Source: Dimorphilus gyrociliatus (Eukaryota > Animalia > Annelida). Taken from it: a DNA stretch of 64,000 bases. The first letter of the stretch is position 1, and every line of letters starts with the position of its first letter. Below, piece after piece: positions 51,801 to 62,369 of this stretch. Under the pieces are notes generated by a model. The model saw nothing but the letters and a program-made list of their open reading frames with translations. It searched no databases and was not told where the DNA came from. Made by a program: the position numbers and the translations under genes. Where the stretch lies: positions 1,733,643 to 1,797,642 of the forward strand of contig CAJFCJ010000014.1 in assembly GCA_904063045.1 (NCBI GenBank). Direction: 5' to 3'.

Positions 51801-54245
51801 CTATTACTTTTTCAACTATTATTCCCGGCTTTCCTAGTTTTACTCCCAGTTATCAATGCCAGAAACATTGAAAAATCCACGAAATCTGATAATTCGCCAA
51901 AAGATATGACATTAAGTATGGTGAATGAGAATAATATTCTATTTGGACCTTCAATTCAAACTTTTGAAGATGGTTACAAGAGTTATGTCACAAAATTTAA
52001 GGGAACATCTTTCGAAACTACGGACAATCCAAATATGACAGCTGCACTTATTGATATTGGAAGGAAAGAGGTGACAACCTATTTGAACCGATACTTAATT
52101 GCTTGTAAAAAATCAAACGACACAAAAATAGCATTTTTCAATGCACAATACTATCATACAGCGGCTATATCTTTGTCAGCGTATACGAATGGATTAATGA
52201 AGGCCTTTGTGGGAGAAAAGTATTCGATCAAAACAATCAATCATCCCTTACCTTTTCTTCCTGATGCTCAAGCTAAAAAAGATCAACGTTCTACCAATAT
52301 TGTTTCCGCTGCAATCATTAGCAATTTTGTCATATCAGCAGCTCTCCTATTCAACTCCTTTTCTTATTATTTAATAAAGGAGAGAGCATCCGGTTCAAAG
52401 CATTTGCAATTTGTATCTGGCATAAAGATCCTAAATTATTGGATACCGCATTATATTTTCGACGTGTTATTTTGTCTATTGGGTCTTACATTTGTTTTGG
52501 CTGCTGCGTGTGCTGGCAGATTGAGGGGCTTAGTAGCGGATCTCAACTACCTAAAGGCATTTACTCTTTCAATTGGATTAGCAATGTCTGGAATGCCTTT
52601 AACCTACCTAATAAGCGGATTTTTTACTACACCAACCGCTGGCATCACTTTCATTTTAATGTTTTTTATATTCCTTGGCATCCTCCCTAATATATTAGTT
52701 ATAGTTATGAGAATTATTGATACTAGTGCCTCTATGAACGTCGCTATTGCGCTGGACTGGTTATTTACTACATTCTGGCCCTCTTACAATTATGGTATCG
52801 GTTTAACAAATATATTACAAAAGCAGGCAAACTTGAAAGCATGTAGTGATATTGATAAAGATATTATTCGAGAATACTGCGAAATCAATTCAGAATACAT
52901 ATGCTGTAAAGAAGAAAACACAAATACAAATTACTTTTCTTTCGACAAATTAGGAATTGGAAAAAATCTTTTGTTTCTCTTCTTTCAAGCCGCTTTATAC
53001 TTTGGCCTTGTTATATTTAGAGAATCGAATATTTTTATTAATCTCAAGCGAAAAATGAACAATAGATTAGTCAGCATTCAGGAACAGTTAAATAATGATC
53101 ATGATACTGAAATGGTATCTAGAGTTGGACAAACCCTTGATGAAGATGTCGAAAGAGAAAAAAATAAAATAGCATCTTTGGAAATTCATAATGGTACCTA
53201 TGATTACATTATTGTTGCTCAGGGATTATATAAGTATTACGGAAGTTTACTAGCTGTCAAGGACCTATCTTTAGGTGTTAAGAAAGGAACGTGTTTTGGT
53301 CTTTTAGGTGTAAACGGAGCGGGAAAAACTACAACCTTTAAGATGCTTACTGGAGACGAGGTGATGAGTAAAGGATCCGCTTATATCAACGGTATCAACG
53401 TTTCAACAGACCTAGATAAAACTCACAAACTTATTGGTTATTGTCCTCAATTCGATGCCATCATTGATGAACTGACAGTAACGGAAATGATTAATCTGTA
53501 TTGCAGAATAAGAGGGGTAGATAATGCGAAGGAGCTCTGCAATGAGCTATTAGACATTCTTCTATTGCGCGACCATGCCAAGAAGCTAACTGTTAATTTA
53601 TCTGGAGGAAATAAGAGAAAGTTATCAACGGCCTTGGCATTTATTGGAAATCCACCAATAGTGTTTCTAGACGAACCAACTAGCGGCATGGATCCGTTAG
53701 CCAAGCGAATTGTATGGGATGTAATCACCAAGATGAGAGACAATGGAACGTCCGTAGTGCTCACCTCTCATAGTATGGAAGAATGTGAAGCACTTTGTAC
53801 GGAAATGGCCATTATGGTTAACGGAGAATTCAAATGTTACGGCGGAGTTCAACATCTGAAATCAAAATACGGCGAAGGCTACTCGTTAATTGCAAAAGTA
53901 AAATCATCTCTCAATGATGAATATTCATTAAGCGACGCAACCGAAGAGCTTAAAGGCTTTGTTGAGTCAACTTTCGAAGGTTCCAAATTGAAAGATGCTC
54001 ACGACGGTTATGTTCATTATCAAATTTCGTCAACGAACGCTCGTTGGAGTACTCTATTCTCAATTATGGAGAAGGCGAAAGAAAGATATCGAATAGAAGA
54101 TTACTCAGTGAGTCAAACAACACTAGAAGAAGTCTTTATAGGTTTTGCTAAGCTTCAACACGACAAAGAGCACATTGATATTCCTTTTAAGATTAGATGT
54201 GGAAATTGTATGCAGTTCATATTTTGCTGTGGGTGTTGTGGATAA
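48898..54245 (+). CDS. ABCA-subfamily full transporter, ABCA3-like, copy 1 (4 exons, ~1,720 aa)
   Basis: Exons ~48898-49185, 49252-49857, 49912-51644, 51700-54245. Intact NBD1 (GHNGAGKS, LSGGQ, LILDE, ATH) and NBD2 (GVNGAGKT, LSGGN, VFLDE, TSH); EKEKRLREFM, KERASGSKHLQFVSG. Confidence 0.95.
51074..51456 (+). repeat. Near-identical direct repeat with 56980-57362 (NBD1 Walker B to R1 region)
   Basis: By-eye alignment at offset 5906 shows one mismatch (51302 A vs 57208 T) in 383 bp. Confidence 0.85.
53232..54148 (+). repeat. Identical direct repeat with 59083-59999 (NBD2 and R2)
   Basis: By-eye alignment at offset 5851 shows no mismatch in 917 bp; identical antisense 105-aa ORFs at 53447-53764 and 59298-59615 agree. 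Confidence 0.9.
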
Positions 54246-54531
54246 TTTATTAAAATGACAATTTTGTACATATATACTGTATATATTCACCAGTGAATTT
54301 TTGGTTTGTTGCTGTCATATGATTTGGGTCCTTTGCTCATCAGTATTTAACTGATATTATGATAAAAGTACCTTATTTCAAATTTTTTGTTTAAATAAAA
54401 TAAATTGCAATATAATTTTTTAAAAATAACCCTGTCTTTTATAGAGCGATATTTGAGGGTTATTAATAGGTTTTTTCGCGGGGGAAATGAGTAATACTGT
54501 TGTGCCCGAGTGTGTCTCTATTTTATGCATG

Positions 54532-54540
54532 GTCACGTGA
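54532..54540 (+). promoter_or_regulatory. CLEAR-like E-box (GTCACGTGA) upstream of ABCA copy 2
   Basis: 9/10 match to GTCACGTGAC, ~180 nt upstream of the ATG. Confidence 0.35.
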
Positions 54541-54715
54541 TAATTTACCTTTATATTCTACTTGTGAAAGCTGATCTATCCAAATGAGTTACAGCTCTTG
54601 CTTTAAAATGAATATTTGATTGCTTCAATAAACGTAATATTACATTTAGATAATTAATTGCTATCACTATTATAATTAAATCTTCATATAAAGAGATTCT
54701 TGCGAAATCGTCCAT

Positions 54716-57700
54716 ATGACGTCGCCAAGAATTGTGCCGGAAATGCAATCTTCATACAGCGTTTCAAAGCAGAATCTGAAAAAAAATGGATCGTCAGCTA
54801 TAACTCAATTTAGGATTCTTTGCCGGAAAAATTTTCTTTTGGTCAGTAGCAGTAAAGGTCAGCTTGCCATCGAATTATTGATACCTCTATGCCTGGGACT
54901 TCTGTTCTTCACGTTAAGAAATGTAATTAAACCAGAGGTATTCGATCAACCAACTGTTTGGTCAGCATTTCCTGCTAAAGAATTTACAAATGTAAGTCAT
55001 TTTACATATAGAATAAGGACAAGAACAAGAGAATATTGAAAGTCTGTCAAAATCAAATAAAATAATCCAATTCTCTTTACAGAAAACGAATGGAACATAC
55101 CTACAAATTTATTCTACACCCAAGAATGCTCTTACAGAACGACTGGCCGAAAGTGCTCGAAATTTTCTTAATATCTCTAATCGACCTAAATGGTATGATA
55201 AAGAATCCGATTTGGAAGCAGATATCGTAAAACAACGTGGAGACGATTATAAGAATGCTATTGGTATCATATTTAAAGAAATGGATAATGGTAAACTTGC
55301 CGATGAGGCAGTCTATTCTTTAAGATTCCCTACCGATCCTGATGGAAAACTTGGTGCAAAGGATTGGTTTACTAGGGGTGTACAGAGACAATTTATTACA
55401 TTAAGTCCTGTAGAAAAGGATGTTATTTATGGAGCTGATCCAAGCTATGCCGAAACTGGGTTTTTACCATTACAATTAGCTATAAATAGGGCATTATTGA
55501 GAGAGCGTTCGTCACAAATTAGCGAATCCTACTTTGACATATTAATGAACAGACTACCTCATCCACATTATACTAGTGATCCAATTCCGACAATGATGCC
55601 CTTCCTCGCATTCATAATATTTATATCATTCAACGTTAATACGCTAAATTTTATTAGAGGCGTTGTACTAGAGAAAGAGAAACGCCTTAAGGTATATACA
55701 GTAGATATATATATATATGTACTAATATATATTTTTTATATTTGCAATTTACAGGAACTGATGAAAATTTGTGGCTTAAAAAGTTCCCTTAATTGGTTCG
55801 CTTGGATACTGAGATCTATGATTGTACTCGTAGTCGTTTCATTGTTGTTTACATTCTTTTTATGTGTACAAACAAAAAATGGAGCATTCTTAGCAAAGAG
55901 TGATCCATCACTCATTTTCGTATTCTTTCTCATGTACGGAATGTCAGTTCTTTCCTATTGCTGTATAGTCTCAGCTATTTTTTCTCAAGGTTGTACTATT
56001 TTATTTCACTAGGAAACAATAATAACTTATAATCTTTTTTAAATAAATAGCCAGAGCTGCTGCAACAGTTGGATCATTATTTAGTTTCTTCACCTATATG
56101 CCAAATTTTTTCCTAGCCAATAGATGGGAAGCAGTATCCACAGGTGCGAAATGGGGAACTGGAGTACTATACAATATGGCTTTGGTACATGGATGGACAT
56201 TATTTCAACTTCATGAAACAGCTGGCTATGGAGCTAAATGGTCCAATATCAATTCTTATGTGACAGTTGATCAGAATTTCAAAATAGCTAATGTACTTAT
56301 ACTTTTCACCATTGATATTGTTGTTTACCTTTTTATTGCTTGGTATTTGGACAACGTATTTCCGGGGCCATATGGTATTCCAAAACCACCATATTTTCTA
56401 TGTAGTAAGGCATTTTGGACAGGTAGTCCTGTTGAAACAGATAATTTTACAGAAGAAATAAATGACACTCAGTTGAATGATATGTTCGAAAAACCTACGG
56501 ACAACCTAAATATAGGCATAAGAGTAAGGAAGCTTGAAAAATCTTTCAGTGTGAGAGGAAAGAAAACTAAAGCTGTTAATGGACTTGATATGGACATCTT
56601 TGAAGGTCAAATAACTGCTCTACTCGGCCACAATGGTGCCGGCAAATCGACAGCGATGGCCATGTTAACTGGTCTTTTAAAACCAAGCGGCGGAAATGCT
56701 TATATTAATGGTCACAGCATAAAAACAGATATAGAAGGTGCTCGACAGCAGTTAGGCTATTGTCCTCAAGATAATGTTGTGTTTGATCTATTAACTGTTG
56801 AACAACATTTGAGATTCTTTGCCGAACTTAAAGGATGTCAAAAGGAAAATTTACAACGAGAAATTGATGATACAATCAATCTCCTTGGGTTAAATGATAA
56901 GAGAAAAGATTTTGCAGGTAAGTTGTCCGGTGGTCAAAAGAGAAGACTGTGCATTGGTATTGCCTTGATTAATGGATCAAATACTTTAATTTTGGACGAG
57001 CCAACAGCTGGTCTGGATCCGGAAGCCAGGAGAAAAATGTGGGACATACTACAAAAGATAAGAAACGAAAAAACCATAATATTGGCTACTCATTTTATGG
57101 ATGAAGCCGATCTTTTGGGTGATCGTATAGGAATTATGGCGAATGGTCAATTGCAATGTATAGGATCTAGTTTGTTTCTAAAATCGAAATTCGGAGTTGG
57201 ATATCATTTGGTAATGGCAAAAGCATCTAATTGTGACGTTGACAAGATATCACAAACAATTAGACAGTATGTTCCAAATGCACTTCTGGAATCGAACATC
57301 AGTTCAGAACTATCGTATATTCTGCCGAAAGAAAGTTCTGAAAACTATGAGGAAATGTTCAGAGATATTGAAGATAATCTGGAAACTTTAGGAATCACTT
57401 CATTCGGAGTTTCTATAACAACAATGGAAGAAGTTTTCCTAAAAGTTGGAGAAATTACAAACGCTGATGGAATAGAACGCCTTAAAAAAACTGAAGATTC
57501 AAAGGAACTGTTGGGGGAAAATACGGATTTTACCCAACTGGAAGCAAATGTTTTATTTCAATCAAAAACTTTGCAAGATTTCAATTTTACTTTCGAACAA
57601 CTGAAAAGTCAATTTTCAAAGAAACTCTCAGTTACATTAAATAATAGGATTTTGGCTTTCTTTCAGATGATTTTTCCTGAAATTTTAGTTTTATTAGCAG

Positions 57701-60096
57701 TTATTAATAGTGAAAATATAGAGAACGCTACAAAAGCTGATAATTCGGAGAGAGATTTAAGTTTGGGTATGGTAGATCATAATAATGTTGTATTTGGATC
57801 TACAGTTCAAGCTTTTGAAGATGGTTACAAGAGTTATGTCACAAAATTTAAGGGAACATCCTTCGATACTACGAACAATCCAAATTTAACCGCTGTACTT
57901 ATTGATATTGGAAAGCAAGAGGTTACAACCTTTTTGAGCCGGTATTTAATTGCTTGTGAAATGTCAACGAACACGAAAATAGCGTATTTCAATGCACAAT
58001 ACTATCATACAGCGGCTATATCTTTATCAGCGTACATGAATGGATTAATGAAGGCCTTTGTGGGGGAAAAGTATTCGATCAAGACGTTCAATCATCCTCT
58101 ACCTTTTCTTCCTGATGCTAAAGCTAAAAAAGATCAGCAGTCAACAAATATAGCATCTACTGGAGTTGTCAGCAATTTTATAATTGCATCTGCTATTATC
58201 TATGGAACTTTATGTATATATGCAATAAAGGAAAGAATGTCCAAATCGAAACACCTTCAATTTGTCTCAGGCGTGTCGTCATTGAATTATTGGATACCAC
58301 ACTACATTTATGACTTTCTAAATATTCTCCTTGCCTTGACTATCATAATAATTATTGCAACAGCTGCTCAATTGAAGGGTCTAAAATCAGATGAGAACTA
58401 TTTGAAAGCATTTGTATTGAGTATCAGTTTTGCATCAGCCGGTGTTCCCTTAACGTATTTGTTTTGCAATTTATTTACGGTTCCATCTACTGGTAATACC
58501 ATGGTTTTAATGATGTACTTATTTAGTGGTACTGCTACAGTCCTTTCCGTTTTGGTAATGAGGATAATTGGCACAACTGGAGCTTTGCAAGTTAGCGAAA
58601 TTTTAGATTGGATATTCACTTTCATTTGGCCCTTTTACAATTTTGGTATAGGGCTGGCAAACATTTTTGAAAAACAGGCGAATTTGAAAACATGCGGAAA
58701 TATTGATGAAAGTACTCTTCAGAGCTACTGTAAAACAAATGACAATTTCCTTTGCTGTAAATCGGAAAACAGAGATTCAAATTATTTCTCTTTTGACAAT
58801 GGAGGAATTGGAAAACACATTCTCTTCCTTTTTCTACAAGGAGCAGTTTTCTTTGGTATTGTTGTTCTCAAGGAGTCAAATATGTTTGTTCACTTGAAAA
58901 GAAAGATGCATAAAAAACTAGTAGAAGCTCATGAACAAATTAATGATGATTCTAGTCCTGAAAAAATTTCTTCTTCAAGGCCAGCAGTCAATGAAGATGT
59001 CGATAGACAAAAAGAAAAAATTTTATCCTGGGAAATCAATGATCAAACTTCTGAATATGTTCTAGTCGCGAAGACGCTATACAAGTATTACGGAAGTTTA
59101 CTAGCTGTCAAGGACCTATCTTTAGGTGTTAAGAAAGGAACGTGTTTTGGTCTTTTAGGTGTAAACGGAGCGGGAAAAACTACAACCTTTAAGATGCTTA
59201 CTGGAGACGAGGTGATGAGTAAAGGATCCGCTTATATCAACGGTATCAACGTTTCAACAGACCTAGATAAAACTCACAAACTTATTGGTTATTGTCCTCA
59301 ATTCGATGCCATCATTGATGAACTGACAGTAACGGAAATGATTAATCTGTATTGCAGAATAAGAGGGGTAGATAATGCGAAGGAGCTCTGCAATGAGCTA
59401 TTAGACATTCTTCTATTGCGCGACCATGCCAAGAAGCTAACTGTTAATTTATCTGGAGGAAATAAGAGAAAGTTATCAACGGCCTTGGCATTTATTGGAA
59501 ATCCACCAATAGTGTTTCTAGACGAACCAACTAGCGGCATGGATCCGTTAGCCAAGCGAATTGTATGGGATGTAATCACCAAGATGAGAGACAATGGAAC
59601 GTCCGTAGTGCTCACCTCTCATAGTATGGAAGAATGTGAAGCACTTTGTACGGAAATGGCCATTATGGTTAACGGAGAATTCAAATGTTACGGCGGAGTT
59701 CAACATCTGAAATCAAAATACGGCGAAGGCTACTCGTTAATTGCAAAAGTAAAATCATCTCTCAATGATGAATATTCATTAAGCGACGCAACCGAAGAGC
59801 TTAAAGGCTTTGTTGAGTCAACTTTCGAAGGTTCCAAATTGAAAGATGCTCACGACGGTTATGTTCATTATCAAATTTCGTCAACGAACGCTCGTTGGAG
59901 TACTCTATTCTCAATTATGGAGAAGGCGAAAGAAAGATATCGAATAGAAGATTACTCAGTGAGTCAAACAACACTAGAAGAAGTCTTTATAGGTTTTGCA
60001 AAGCTTCAAAAGGAAAGAGAATGCAGAAATATTCCTCCCAGTATTCAATGTAGAAATTGTATGAAATTTCTGTTTTGTTGTGGTTGCTGCAATTAA
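54716..60096 (+). CDS. ABCA-subfamily full transporter, ABCA3-like, copy 2 (4 exons)
   Basis: Tandem paralog with the same architecture; intron 55990-56050 joins to the 1332-aa ORF; both NBDs intact. Confidence 0.95.
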
Positions 60097-60401
60097 GGCA
60101 ATTTGAGTTAGCATTTTACCTTATTTTATTTATAGTATATACCAATTTATTAGTATTTCACTGCTAGAAATCTTGTATTAATTATTTTTTTTATGACTCT
60201 ACTTTTTTAAATAAAATAGAAAAATGTTAAATGCATTATTTACAAAGAGAATTGTTATGTTTTCAAGTATGTAACACCAAGATAGAGTAATGTCGTATTA
60301 ATTGAAAGTATGATAATTACTGATGTCTTTATTTGTTCATTTTGAGCTGAAAAACAATAACTACAATTTTGGTTCAATGTAAGTTTATTGTAATGGTTCT
60401 T

Positions 60402-61646
60402 TCAGTTCGATTTTAGCACTTTAATTAAATGGCTATGATCTAAATCATTTGCTAACTCTAATGGGGTTTGGCCATTGGCTTTTAAACTTTTGTCAGCTCC
60501 GTACTTTATTAACATTTTAACAATCTCTTCATGACCTTGTAATACTGCTGAATGAAGTGGTGTACAATTACCACATTCTTTATTCCTTGCGTTAATTTCA
60601 ATATTTGGCTGTTTGCATAAGATTCTTACTATTTTTTCCGATCCAGCCGTTACGGCGGCGTGTAGAGGTGTATTTCCAGATTTAGAGGCAATGTTTATAT
60701 TACAATTAAATTTTAGTAATAGTCTTAAAATATCGGTTTGACCCTTCATTGCTGCAATAAAGGCTAGAGATCTTCCAGAGTTATCTAGTACTTTTATATT
60801 TATCTTCTTGGTAGTTATGAGATAGTGAATTACATCAATAAAACCAAGGTTTATTGAGTAAAACGCTCGTTGGACAAATAACGGCAATGCATTCTTTGAA
60901 TCAATCAGTTTTTGAGGTTCGTATGAAGTAATTTGCCTAAAAAATGAAACTACTGCAAACCAAACGTTAACTATTGTATAAGCTCTTAAACCCAGAGCCG
61001 CTTGAGCATGTGTACGAACTTTGGTTGTGATTGTAACGTCACTTAATAATTTTCGGTACTCATCAGTCCTACCGGAAGTTAAAGTATTTAAATAATCGAG
61101 AAAAATAAATGAAAATTGTGATGAGAGTAGTATCTTTGGATATTCTTTGAGAGTTGCTTCCATTATTTTTCCGATATCAGAACCGGATAGTTTTCCATGT
61201 TGTAATCCCGATTTAAATAAGAGTCTCATGGAATCAGACACAATTCCAACTTCCAGTCTCATTATTTCAACTTTTTTATTGTCTGGAAAGTCTGTAAGCC
61301 AGAAATGTGCGAAGTGAACAAAATTGTCTCTAATCCATTCTACCATATCGTCCACTTTTTCATTGCATTCATCCAACCATTCTGATAGAAGAGGAGTATC
61401 TACAAATGCCAATACATCATCTAGTTTAACTGTTCTCTTAACTGGCGGCAAGGGAGGAGGTTTAGGTAAATGATACGGTGGTGGGGTAACAACTGCGGTT
61501 CCTGAATCAGGAGAAGAATGTCGTGGCGTCAATGGAGGCGTACTACTAGCACTTCCAATACCAAGACCTTCATCTGCACTTTCGTCAATGAAAGACAAGC
61601 GAGAAATGCAAATTAGCTCCCGCAAGTCGCGAATACTTCGACTCAT
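60402..61646 (-). CDS. Intronless protein with unrecognised helical N-terminal domain and C-terminal ankyrin repeats (~414 aa)
   Basis: Single ORF; likely ATG at 61646 (MSRSIRD). Ankyrin repeats GRSLAFIAAMKGQTDILRLLL, GNTPLHAAVTAG, NCTPLHSAVLQGHEEIVKMLIKYGAD, GQTPLELA. Pro-rich linker. Confidence 0.85.
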   Translation of the reverse strand: MSRSIRDLRELICISRLSFIDESADEGLGIGSASSTPPLTPRHSSPDSGTAVVTPPPYHLPKPPPLPPVKRTVKLDDVLAFVDTPLLSEWLDECNEKVDDMVEWIRDNFVHFAHFWLTDFPDNKKVEIMRLEVGIVSDSMRLLFKSGLQHGKLSGSDIGKIMEATLKEYPKILLSSQFSFIFLDYLNTLTSGRTDEYRKLLSDVTITTKVRTHAQAALGLRAYTIVNVWFAVVSFFRQITSYEPQKLIDSKNALPLFVQRAFYSINLGFIDVIHYLITTKKINIKVLDNSGRSLAFIAAMKGQTDILRLLLKFNCNINIASKSGNTPLHAAVTAGSEKIVRILCKQPNIEINARNKECGNCTPLHSAVLQGHEEIVKMLIKYGADKSLKANGQTPLELANDLDHSHLIKVLKSN

Positions 61647-62369
61647 TTTTATATAATTTCTAACATTAGCTCTCTGACGGTCTGTATGTACAGCGATAAT
61701 ACAGCTGGTAACCAGGGAGTTCAAGCATCAATGGCGCTAACTATGATTTCAAATCAAAATGATCGAATAATGATTCTATATCTCATTATATCGAGGTAAT
61801 TCGGAGTTCTTTGAGAATTTTTAGTCAATGTATAATATTGGGAATATTACTATATTCAAATAGATTATAATAGTCAAATTATCAATCAACTAAAGCGATA
61901 TGTCAAGTATGTTCAATCATTTAACTTACAAATAAGTTCCAGAACAATTCTTATACCCTTCTTTTTAAGATATAAGTTTAACTCTAATCTGGTTCCTGTG
62001 TTTATTTCTACATTCATTTAGAGTTTATATAAGGCTAATTTCAAGTTCATTTTAAAAAGAATTAGGTAGCGCCACTGTGCAATCTTGGAAACAGATTGAA
62101 TGATAAAGTGGATTAGGTGAATAATCTTGGTGAAAAATTCTCTGCGGGCTTTGTTTGTATCATAACGACGGAGTACAAATTTAATAAAAAAGTAAGTTTT
62201 AATGATATTTATTGCTTTGTACGATAAATCAATGATAAACTGTAATTAAGAAGTTTTCTATGGCAAAAATTTATAAAATAATTAAAGTTTATTGTAATAT
62301 TTTGAGCGATAATAAATATATCAATGATAAATATCTATAAAATAAAAAAATTATTGTCTTAATCAAAAG

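Noticed and set aside
53447-59615. Duplicated antisense 105-aa ORFs
   Set aside because: By-product of the identical NBD2 tract, not independent genes.
1-60096. Functional cluster of lipid and membrane-trafficking genes (GPD1, DDHD-like, LYST, STXBP1, KDSR, ABCA)
   Set aside because: Mixed orientations with unrelated genes interspersed; no evidence of an operon or co-regulation.
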